DNA of 64,000 bases, taken from positions 35,883-99,882 of the forward strand of contig JAFAAX010000006.1 in NCBI GenBank assembly GCA_023426345.1, written 5' to 3'. Below the pieces are notes generated by a model. That model worked only from the letters and a program-made list of their open reading frames with translations. It was not told the DNA's origin and searched no databases. The position numbers were made by a program, and so were the translations under genes. This document shows positions 56,339-64,000 of the stretch, piece by piece. Origin of the DNA: Actinomycetes bacterium. GTDB taxonomy: Bacteria > Actinomycetota > Actinomycetes > Actinomycetales > Actinomycetaceae. Within the stretch, counting starts at the first letter, position 1. Each line of letters starts with the position of its first letter.

Positions 56339-57358
56339 ATGGAGATGCGACACGCCGCCGTGCTGGGAACGGGCGCCTGGGGGACCACCTTCGCGAAGGT
56401 CCTGGCCGACGCCGGGATGACGGTCACGATGTGGGGCCGCAACGCGCAGGTCGTCGACTTCATCGATTCCCACGAGAACTCGCCCTACCTGCCCGGCATC
56501 GATCTGCCGGCGTCGATCTCGGCGACGACGGACCTCGGGATGGCGCTGGACGGGGCGCAGCTGGTGGCCGTCGTGGTTCCCGTGGTCGCCGTGCGCGAGA
56601 CCGTCGAGCGGGCGGCCCGCCTGCTCGAGGACGACGCCGTCCTGCTCACGCTGTCCAAGGGACTGGAGCCGGACTCGCTGAGCACCGTCCACGAGGTGAC
56701 GCGGGAGGCCTCGGGCCTGCCCGCGGGGCGCATCGCGGTGCTGTCCGGGCCGAACCTGTCGCGCGAGATCGCCGAGGAGAACCCGACGGCGACGGTGGTG
56801 GCCTGCGAGGACACGGACGTCGCCACGCGGATCGCGTTGGCGTGCCACAACCCGTACTTCCGCCCCTACGTGTCCCCCGACGTGGTGGGCTGCGAGATCG
56901 CCGGAGCCACGAAGAACGTCATCGCCGTCGCCATCGGCGCGTCGGAGGGCATGGGGCTGGGCGTCAACACGCGGGCGACACTGATCACCCGGGGCCTGGC
57001 GGAGATGACCCGCCTGGGCACGGCCCTGGGCGCGGACCCCGGCACGTTCTTGGGCCTGGCCGGGGTGGGGGACCTGGTGGCGACCTGTTCCTCGAAACTG
57101 TCGCGCAACTACTCCCTGGGCCTGCGGATGGGGCGCGGCGCCTCCTTGCAGGAGGCGCTGGAGCTCTCGCCCGGCGTCGTCGAGGGCGTCCGCTCCGCCA
57201 AGCCCGTCCTGGACCTGGCCCACGCCCACGGGGTCGACATGCCGATCACCGAGGGCGTCGTGCGCGTCGTGCATGAGGGCGCGACCATCGAGGAGATGGG
57301 GGAGATGCTGCTCTCGCGTCCCCAGAAGAGGGACGGGTGGCGCATCGAGCTGCTGTGA
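56339..57358 (+). CDS. gpsA: NAD(P)H-dependent glycerol-3-phosphate dehydrogenase
   Basis: GTGAWG, SKGLE, SGPNL, KNVIA, GLAGVGDLVATC..SRN. Confidence 0.95.
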   Translation: MEMRHAAVLGTGAWGTTFAKVLADAGMTVTMWGRNAQVVDFIDSHENSPYLPGIDLPASISATTDLGMALDGAQLVAVVVPVVAVRETVERAARLLEDDAVLLTLSKGLEPDSLSTVHEVTREASGLPAGRIAVLSGPNLSREIAEENPTATVVACEDTDVATRIALACHNPYFRPYVSPDVVGCEIAGATKNVIAVAIGASEGMGLGVNTRATLITRGLAEMTRLGTALGADPGTFLGLAGVGDLVATCSSKLSRNYSLGLRMGRGASLQEALELSPGVVEGVRSAKPVLDLAHAHGVDMPITEGVVRVVHEGATIEEMGEMLLSRPQKRDGWRIELL

Positions 57359-57484
57359 GGCGCCGCGCCTGCGCGGTTCCCCCGATGCGATCGACGAGGA
57401 CGGCGCCGGCCGCGCCGGCGCGCGCGTGGCGGGGCTCGCAGGCGACGTCGGGAGTGCCGGTCGGGGCGCACTAGGGTGGAGCCC

Positions 57485-58651
57485 ATGAGTGAGCAGCAGT
57501 CCCCGTCCGCGGCGCCCGGCGGACCACGCCCCGCGGACGCCCCCCGTCCCCGCGTCCTGGTGGTCTTCGGCGGTCGTTCGGGCGAGCACGAGATCTCCTG
57601 CGCGACGGCCGCCGGCGTGCTGCGGGCGATCGACCGCGCCCAGTGGGACGTCCTGCCGATCGGGATCACGCGCGACGGGGAGTGGGTGCGCGTGCCGGAC
57701 GACCCGGCCCTGTTCGAGCTGCGCGACGGGCACGGCCAGTCCGTGCGCCCCGGGGACACGCGGATCACGCTGACGCGCGGACACGTCCTGGAGACGACGC
57801 TGGGCGTGGACGGCGGCGCGGCGGGCGTCACCGACCTGGGGGCCGTCGACGTCGTCCTGCCGCTGCTCCACGGACCCTACGGGGAGGACGGGACCATCCA
57901 GGGGCTCTTCGAGATGGCGGACGTCCGCTATGTCGGCTGCGGCGTGACGTCCTCGGCCGTCTCCATGGACAAGCACCTCACCAAGACCGTGCTGGCGGCG
58001 GCCGGCATCGAGGTCGGGCGGTGGACCCTGATCACCGCCCTCCAGTGGGAGTCCGACCGGGCGGCGTGCGAGCGGCGGGTGGCCGAGCTGGGGTATCCGG
58101 TGTTCGTCAAGCCGTGCCGCGCCGGGTCCTCGATCGGCATCTCGCGCGTCGAGCGCCCGGAGGAGCTGGCCACCGCCGTCAAGGAGGCCGCCAACCACGA
58201 CCCCCGCGTCATCGTCGAGGCGCGGCTCACCGGCCGCGAGGTCGAATGCGGCGTCCTGGGCGGGCGCGGCGCGTCCGGGGCGCCGCGCACGGCCCCCCTG
58301 GGCGAGATCGTGGTGCCCGAGGGCGGCTTCTACGACTACGAGGCGAAGTACTTCGACACGGACGCCGTCGGCCTGGTGTGCCCCGCGGAACTGCCTGAGG
58401 CCGACGCCGCTCGGATCCGGGGCGTGGCCGCCCGGGCCTTCGACGCGCTGGAGTGCGAGGGCCTGGCGCGCGTCGACTTCTTCTACGACCCGGACTCCGG
58501 GGCCGTCACCGTCAACGAGGTGAACACGATGCCCGGCTTCACGCCGTTCTCGATGTTCCCCCAGATGTGGGCGCAGGCGGGCATGCCCTACGCCGGGCTG
58601 CTCGACGATCTGCTCCGGGAGGCCCTGGCCCGTCCACTCGGGCTGCGCTGA
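57485..58651 (+). CDS. ddl: D-alanine--D-alanine ligase
   Basis: FGGRSGEHEIS, LHGPYGEDG, GSSIG, FYDYEAKY, NEVNTMPGFT. Confidence 0.95.
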   Translation: MSEQQSPSAAPGGPRPADAPRPRVLVVFGGRSGEHEISCATAAGVLRAIDRAQWDVLPIGITRDGEWVRVPDDPALFELRDGHGQSVRPGDTRITLTRGHVLETTLGVDGGAAGVTDLGAVDVVLPLLHGPYGEDGTIQGLFEMADVRYVGCGVTSSAVSMDKHLTKTVLAAAGIEVGRWTLITALQWESDRAACERRVAELGYPVFVKPCRAGSSIGISRVERPEELATAVKEAANHDPRVIVEARLTGREVECGVLGGRGASGAPRTAPLGEIVVPEGGFYDYEAKYFDTDAVGLVCPAELPEADAARIRGVAARAFDALECEGLARVDFFYDPDSGAVTVNEVNTMPGFTPFSMFPQMWAQAGMPYAGLLDDLLREALARPLGLR

Positions 58652-58748
58652 GTCGCCGGCGGGAGCGGGTGCGCCCGCTCGGAAGGGGGTGCCCCGGCGG
58701 AGCCGGGGCCGCCCTCGTCGGCGGGAGCGGGAGGGTACCCTGTCCTCC

Positions 58749-59663
58749 ATGACGAAACCGAGGATCACGCTGGTCACGTCGGCGGAGATGCCGGCCCTGT
58801 ACTCGGACGAGGAGGGGCTGCTCGACGCCCTGTCGGATCGGGGAGCGGACCCGCGGATCGCGGTGTGGAACGACTCCTCCGTCGACTGGTCCCAAGCCGG
58901 CACGTGCGTGGTGCGCTCCGTCTCCGACTACGCGCGCAACCGCGCGGCGTTCCTGCGGTGGGCGGAGTCCGTGCCGCGTCTGCTCAACCACCCCGACATC
59001 CTGCGGTGGAACTCGGACAAGCACTACATGACGGATCTGGCCGCGCGCGGCCTCCCCGTCATCCCCACGACCTGGCTGGAGCCGGACCGCCACCTGTCCA
59101 AGCAGCAGGTCCACTCGCGGTTCCCCGCGATGGGGGACTTCGTGGTCAAGCCGGCCGTCTCCTCGGGCGTGCGCGACATCGGGCGCTACACGGCCAACGA
59201 CACCGAGCACCGCCAGCAGGCGATCCTCCACGCGATGAATCTGCTGGGCCAGGGGCGCTCCGTGATGGTCCAGCGCTACGTCGAGCAGATCGACGTCCAC
59301 GGCGAGATCTCCATGGTGTTCTTCAACGGGCTGCCCTCCCACACGGTGGAGAAGCGCGCCGAGCTGCACCCTGCGCGCGTTACGGATCCGCGGATGCACG
59401 AGGCGGTGGTCACTGCCCAGCACGCCGACGAGGAGCAGTGGCGCTGGGGCGAGCAGATCCGCACCGTCCTCCATGCCTACGTGCGCGCCCAGATGGGCCG
59501 CGACGAGCAGTTCCTGTTCAACCGGGTGGACTTGGTGCCCGACGGGCAGGGCTCCTTCCTGGTGATGGAGGTGTCGATGGTGGACGCCGATCTCTACCTC
59601 GAGGCCACGCCGGACGCGCTGGGCAACTTCGCGGACGCCATCGCCGTGCGCGCCTTCTGGTGA
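58749..59663 (+). CDS. ATP-grasp (RimK/glutathione synthetase-like) protein
   Basis: LLN...WNSDKHY, VVKPAVS, MVQRY, GEIS, RVDLV, LVME. Confidence 0.75.
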   Translation: MTKPRITLVTSAEMPALYSDEEGLLDALSDRGADPRIAVWNDSSVDWSQAGTCVVRSVSDYARNRAAFLRWAESVPRLLNHPDILRWNSDKHYMTDLAARGLPVIPTTWLEPDRHLSKQQVHSRFPAMGDFVVKPAVSSGVRDIGRYTANDTEHRQQAILHAMNLLGQGRSVMVQRYVEQIDVHGEISMVFFNGLPSHTVEKRAELHPARVTDPRMHEAVVTAQHADEEQWRWGEQIRTVLHAYVRAQMGRDEQFLFNRVDLVPDGQGSFLVMEVSMVDADLYLEATPDALGNFADAIAVRAFW

Positions 59664-59676
59664 GGCGGGGTAGCGC

Positions 59677-60027
59677 GTGCCCGTGGAGATGAGCCGGGAG
59701 GATTTCGAGGCGCTCGTCGAGGACGCCCTGGACGAGATCCCCGACGAGTTCTGGGACCAGGTCGAGAACCTCGTGGTCCTGGTCGAGGACGATCCGCCCG
59801 AGGATGATCCCGATCTGCTGGGTCTCTACGACGGGGTGCCTGTCACCGCGCGCGACGACTACGCCGGCGTCCTGCCGGACCGGGTCTTCCTCTATCGCAA
59901 TCCGACGCTGCGGATCTGCGCCACCCGCGAGGAGGTCGCCGAGCAGGTCCGCATCACCGCCGTCCATGAGATCGGGCACTACTTCGGCATCGAGGACGCG
60001 GAGCTGGACGAGCTGGGGTGGGGGTGA
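59677..60027 (+). CDS. Minimal zincin-like metallopeptidase family protein
   Basis: LLGLYDGVP, PDRVFLYR, HEIGHYFG. Confidence 0.85.
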   Translation: MPVEMSREDFEALVEDALDEIPDEFWDQVENLVVLVEDDPPEDDPDLLGLYDGVPVTARDDYAGVLPDRVFLYRNPTLRICATREEVAEQVRITAVHEIGHYFGIEDAELDELGWG

Positions 60028-60282
60028 GGTCGGCGGCGCGGGTGTCCGGCTCGGGCGGAGCCGCGGGGGAGCGGCGGGGTGGGCCACGCGGGTCGCCCTC
60101 GTCGATCATGGACGAGGGCGGCGCCCTGCGGGCGCGGCAGCCGGTGGGCGCGAGCGGGGATCTACGAGGGCGGCGCGGGGCGTGTCGGATGCCACCGGCT
60201 CGAGGCGCCGCCGCGATTTCCCGGCGGGGGCGCTGACCTGCTACCATCGTGATCCGTTGCCCGCCCCTGCGGCGGCGGCGAT

Positions 60283-60359
60283 GGTGGCTGTAGTTCAGCT
60301 GGTAGAGCACCTGGTTGTGGTCCAGGATGTCGCGGGTTCGAATCCCGTCAGCCACCCCA
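60283..60359 (+). tRNA. tRNA-His(GTG)
   Basis: G-1, GTGGCTG/CAGCCAC, loop TTGTGGT, C73, encoded CCA. Confidence 0.95.
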
Positions 60360-62070
60360 GATGGGTCAGGTTTGAACTTTCGACCAAGGGACCACCCTTG
60401 GTCGGGGTTGAAATCTGGCCCTTTTTGCATGCCCCGGTAGCTTCGGCGTGGGCTTCTGCTTGGGCGCGGGCTTGCTCGGCCCAGGTGAGGGCGTCGGCCT
60501 GGAGGTCGGTGTTGGACAGTCCGTCGAATGGGGTGCGGTAGCCGACGTGGATGTCGTTGTCCTCGTCGACGTAGATGGCTGTGAACAGGGCCTGGTTGCA
60601 CAGGCGCCGGTTGGCATCGTCGGCGTTGGCGTAGATGTCCGCCATGTTGGACATCAACACGAGCGAGTCGTCGAGGTTCGCCCGAGCTTCGGCGTACTCC
60701 CCGTTGTGGGCCTGGATGCGGAACTCGATGGTTTCCAGAGAGGCGTTGATGCGGTCCTGTTCCCGTTTGAGCAGGTCCAGGGGGATGGCGCCCGCGTAGT
60801 GGGCTTGGAGGAGCTTGGTCTGCTCGCCTTCCAGTTCGGTGCGGCGGGTGGCGAGTTCGGCCAGCTCGGCGGCACCTTCGCTCATCATCTGGTCGAACTT
60901 GGCGTGGATCATCTCTGAGAGCGCCTGCCGGGTTTCGGACGGGATCTGCACGTGGGTGTAGAAGCGTTCGATGAGTTGCTCGACGTCTTCGATGAGCATG
61001 GCCTGGCGGGTGCAGTTGTTGCGTCCGGCGTGGCGGGAGGAGCACACGAAGTAGGGGTAGATGGTGCCCTGACTGGACTTCGCATTGCAGACGATGAGCC
61101 TGGAGCCGCACTGTCCGCAGAAGACACTGCCCTTGAGGTAGTGGTCGTGAATCTGGGTCGCATCGGCCGCGGACTTGTGGGTACCCAGCACGATCTGGAC
61201 CTGCTCCCAGACCTCGACTGGAACGATCGGATCGTGGGCTCCGCGGTAGGTGACGCCCTGGTACACGATGGCTCCCTTATAGTACGGATTCGTGAGCATC
61301 CGATGCACTGTGGACTTCGCGATCGGCTTCGACGGACGCCGCGGCGTCGGCGACGTCGTCAGCCCGCGGGCGACCAATTCCTGGTGGAGCTGGCTGGTGG
61401 TCCAGTCCCCCGAGGCGAAGACCTGGAAGGCCCAACGCACCAGCCCCGCGCGCTCCTCATCGACCTCGACGGTGCGGATCTCGCGGCCCATGTCGTCACG
61501 GATGCCGACGTTGCGGTACCCGATCGGCGCCTTCGTGACCGTGCCACCCTGGGCGGCCTTCTGGGACAGGCCCTTGACAACTTCGGTAGCGAGGTTGCGG
61601 GAGTAGAACTCGGCGATCGAGGACATGATGCCGTGCAGAAGCATGCCCGAAGGGGTCTCATCAATGTTCTCCGTGGCGGAGACCAGAGTGACGCCTGCGT
61701 CCTTCAAGGCCAGGTGGATGGTGACGTCGTCAGCCCTGTTGCGGGCCAGGCGGTCGACCTTGTGGACGATGCAGTAGTTCGTCTTGTGGGTGGCGACGTA
61801 CTTGATCATCCGCATGAGTTCGGGCCGGTCGGCCTTGCGAGCGGACTCGCCCGCGTCGACGAACTCCTCCACGATGGTGGCGCCCAGCTGATCGGCCTTG
61901 CGCTGATTGGCCTCACGCTGGGCGGGGATCGAGAATCCCTCCACGTTGCCGCCCTTCTCTGCCTGCTCCTTGGTGGAGACACGCAGGTAGGACACGGCGA
62001 TGGCGCCCGCGAATGGGGTCGGGGCGACAAGACTGTCGATGGCTGCTTCGTCAGCGTGCTCGGATGTCAT
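60295..62070 (-). CDS. Large serine recombinase (integrase)
   Basis: YLRVST, HKVDRLARN, APIGY, zinc ribbon FCGQCG..YFVC..C, coiled coil; ORF ends inside the tRNA-His antisense. Confidence 0.92.
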   Translation of the reverse strand: MTSEHADEAAIDSLVAPTPFAGAIAVSYLRVSTKEQAEKGGNVEGFSIPAQREANQRKADQLGATIVEEFVDAGESARKADRPELMRMIKYVATHKTNYCIVHKVDRLARNRADDVTIHLALKDAGVTLVSATENIDETPSGMLLHGIMSSIAEFYSRNLATEVVKGLSQKAAQGGTVTKAPIGYRNVGIRDDMGREIRTVEVDEERAGLVRWAFQVFASGDWTTSQLHQELVARGLTTSPTPRRPSKPIAKSTVHRMLTNPYYKGAIVYQGVTYRGAHDPIVPVEVWEQVQIVLGTHKSAADATQIHDHYLKGSVFCGQCGSRLIVCNAKSSQGTIYPYFVCSSRHAGRNNCTRQAMLIEDVEQLIERFYTHVQIPSETRQALSEMIHAKFDQMMSEGAAELAELATRRTELEGEQTKLLQAHYAGAIPLDLLKREQDRINASLETIEFRIQAHNGEYAEARANLDDSLVLMSNMADIYANADDANRRLCNQALFTAIYVDEDNDIHVGYRTPFDGLSNTDLQADALTWAEQARAQAEAHAEATGACKKGQISTPTKGGPLVESSNLTHLGWLTGFEPATSWTTTRCSTS

Positions 62071-62247
62071 GGCTCTTCTCCGCTACTACTGGTCCCGTGA
62101 TCCGACGCGGCCTGTTTCGCGGTGGGTGTTGATCGTGAGAAGAGCCCGAAGGCTGTAGGACTAGGCCAAGTTGGCCACGTTTGCGTTGCCTCGCTTGCAC
62201 GAGGCGCTAGGACCACAACACCCGCCACCGCGGCGGATGCCCCTATT

Positions 62248-62466
62248 CTACGGCGTTGGCCGGGTCTGCGCACTGGCCAGTTCGGTGCGAAGTACCGTGT
62301 GGCTCGGCGAGCTTGGGGCGGGCTGCCGGAGGGACATTCGGATCAGCAACTCGCAGAGCTTGTCCAGATCGGGCGGATCGTTGAACTCCGCACGGATGCT
62401 GAGGTCACGCTCTTCCTGGGGTCGCTGCCCCGTCTTCCTCGCGTACCGGCGTCCCATGACGCTCAC
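62248..62466 (-). CDS. Small hypothetical protein upstream of the integrase
   Basis: 72 aa, GTGA overlap with the upstream gene, basic N-terminus. Confidence 0.5.
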   Translation of the reverse strand: MSVMGRRYARKTGQRPQEERDLSIRAEFNDPPDLDKLCELLIRMSLRQPAPSSPSHTVLRTELASAQTRPTP

Positions 62467-63026
62467 GCCTCGCTGGCGTCGGTATCGAGTGAGGCGTAGA
62501 ACGCGTCTTCAGCATTCTGTCGTGCCTCAACCTGGTCGAGAACGTACTGAACGAAGTCCGCATCTCGATCAGTAATCACGGTCTCCTCGGCGTGTGCGGC
62601 AGACGCTTCGCCGGGCCAGGTCGTTTGCCGGGTCGGTCGGTCGCGGTCGAGGCGGGTGCCGGACGCGGTCACCCAGTCACGCAGCCTCTGGCGGGCGTCG
62701 GCAAAGTCGCGATGCCAGCCGAGCGGCGCGGAGCCGTTCTGGTCAGGGTCGTAGGCGCACAGCCAGTGCAGGTGGAGGGCGGAAAGTTCCCAGAGCAGTT
62801 CGGGGTGGTGGTGCCAGTAGGGCGGGACGACGGAGGCCGGGAGACCATAGGTGCGGCGTAGCCAGTCGACCCACCGGTTGAGTTCCAGCAGTTCCTGCTC
62901 CAGATCGTTGGCGGTCAACAGATTCCAGTTGATCGGATGCGGAGGTTCAGGGATGTCGACGTTCGGGATGGCGCCGTCATCGAGTGGTCCGTCGTCGGGT
63001 AGTTGGTTGCGCAGATCGTCGTTCAT
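62463..63026 (-). CDS. Hypothetical protein of actinobacterial integrative elements (DUF4913-like)
   Basis: WVDWL..Y, PPYWHHHPELLWELSALHLHW; alternative start 63041. Confidence 0.6.
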   Translation of the reverse strand: MNDDLRNQLPDDGPLDDGAIPNVDIPEPPHPINWNLLTANDLEQELLELNRWVDWLRRTYGLPASVVPPYWHHHPELLWELSALHLHWLCAYDPDQNGSAPLGWHRDFADARQRLRDWVTASGTRLDRDRPTRQTTWPGEASAAHAEETVITDRDADFVQYVLDQVEARQNAEDAFYASLDTDASEA

Positions 63027-63037
63027 CGCTCGCTGCC

Positions 63038-63478
63038 TCACATTCCCATTGCGGGTGCGGCCGATGAGACGGTCCGCTGCTGCGGCTCAAAGGCGGTGGC
63101 GTCGCGAGTCGGGCGGGACCGCTGGCTACGGTCGACTTCGTAGCGAGTGCGTGCCAGGTCATGGCCGATCCGGGTGGCGATGAACTCTTCGCCCTCACGG
63201 ACCTGGCCGTTGCGCTCATAGGAGTATTCCCGTACGCGACCGTCAGCGATGATGTTGTCGCCCTTCTCCAGGCGCTCAGCTCCCTGCTCGGCAGCTCCGC
63301 GGAAGGCGATGAGGTCGTGGAAGGTGGTCTCCAGCTGGGTGTAGCTGTTGTCGTCCTCCCTGCGGTAGTGCTCGATGCCGAGCTTGAGGTACAGGCGAGC
63401 ATCGCCCCGCTCGGTGTGAGTGAGCTGCGGGTCGGACGCAACAAAGCCGGACACGGACTGATGGGTGCGGATAGCCAT
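63038..63478 (-). CDS. ssb: Single-stranded DNA-binding protein (element-borne)
   Basis: GFVASDP, TTFH, KGD.IIADGR, IGHDL OB-fold pattern; RBS AGGAGG. Confidence 0.8.
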   Translation of the reverse strand: MAIRTHQSVSGFVASDPQLTHTERGDARLYLKLGIEHYRREDDNSYTQLETTFHDLIAFRGAAEQGAERLEKGDNIIADGRVREYSYERNGQVREGEEFIATRIGHDLARTRYEVDRSQRSRPTRDATAFEPQQRTVSSAAPAMGM

Positions 63479-63559
63479 GACGGCCACCTCCTGGAGTCGG
63501 GCGGTCACCCGGTGGTGGCCGCTGTGCCAGGCAGGTGCACGCGGCTTCCCAGCGTTCGT

Positions 63560-63597
63560 CTACTCGGGACTTGGCTACTCGGGACTTGGCTACTCGG
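63560..63597. repeat. 15-bp tandem repeat (CTACTCGGGACTTGG) x2.5
   Basis: CTACTCGG at 63560, 63575, 63590. Confidence 0.85.
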
Positions 63598-64000
63598 CGC
63601 TGGGCGGTCGTTGCAGGAGGGCTTCGATGCTCGCGCGGTCACGCGTGAGCTGCGTGGCGTCGTCGCGTTTCGGCCAGGGTTGCAGGTCGGTGATGATCGG
63701 CGGGGTGGAGCGGAGGAGGATGACGCCGGTGCCGAATGGGAGGGTGCGGATGCGGTCGGGCGGCAAGATCGGCACCCTGCGCACGGAGCGCTGGTTTGAG
63801 CGGGTGCCGTGGTCGCCGAGAGTGATGGAATCGGTGTACTCGTCACGTTCGCCGATGAGGGTGGCGAGGTCTTGGAGGTCGCGACTGTTGGACGCGCCGC
63901 CGAGGATGATCTTGACGATGCTGGCGTCCCAGATGGCCCCGGCCTGGTTCTCACTCCACTTGTCCCGGGCCTGTGCGAGGGACTGGAGAACGGGCATGGT
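63590..64000 (-). CDS. VirD4/TraG-like type IV coupling protein, C-terminal part
   Basis: VLQSLAQARDKW..AIWD..KIILGG, LIGE, IRTLPFG. Confidence 0.75.
   Translation of the reverse strand, partial: TMPVLQSLAQARDKWSENQAGAIWDASIVKIILGGASNSRDLQDLATLIGERDEYTDSITLGDHGTRSNQRSVRRVPILPPDRIRTLPFGTGVILLRSTPPIITDLQPWPKRDDATQLTRDRASIEALLQRPPSAE

Larger units (their letters stand above)
60360..64000. mobile_element. End of an integrative (probably conjugative or mobilizable) element at tRNA-His; continues past the window
   Basis: Visible GC drop after the tRNA; serine recombinase, ssb and VirD4/TraG-like gene all on the minus strand. Confidence 0.85.

Noticed and set aside
57485..58651. Vancomycin-resistance D-Ala-D-Lac ligase
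   Set aside because: It has the YDYEAKY omega-loop pattern of D-Ala-D-Ala ligases, housekeeping synteny after gpsA, and no van genes.

Overview
High-GC actinobacterial chromosome segment; gene order and content suggest Actinomycetaceae, which is an inference. Most of it is the conserved actinobacterial backbone: leuB-ilvE ... ilvD-cimA ... FAH-family-gltX-tRNA-Gln/Glu/Glu ... IclR-leuCD-murA-plsC-gpsA-ddl ... tRNA-His. Interspersed are a vapBC-type toxin-antitoxin pair, a giant PFOR next to a fused Nfn-like flavoprotein, an iron-box-controlled catecholate siderophore uptake cluster with a frameshifted siderophore-interacting protein, and an NCS1 permease-nucleoside phosphorylase pair. The window ends in the first ~3.6 kb of a lower-GC integrative element at tRNA-His, whose large serine recombinase ORF runs through the tRNA antisense. 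The most unusual signal is a set of intergenic repeat families. (i) 22-bp-period CGCGAS-WW-CGGT arrays bracket an AbiEi/Vsr(DUF559)-like gene as inverted arms; that gene has DnaA-box-like motifs upstream, and related arrays recur as a gene-less 450-bp element and as solo arms. (ii) A GACGAGGRCG motif occurs about 24 times between genes and supplies the stop codon of four genes. (iii) A palindromic element with a variable 19-bp tandem unit occurs twice. All protein calls come from motif recognition, not database searches.
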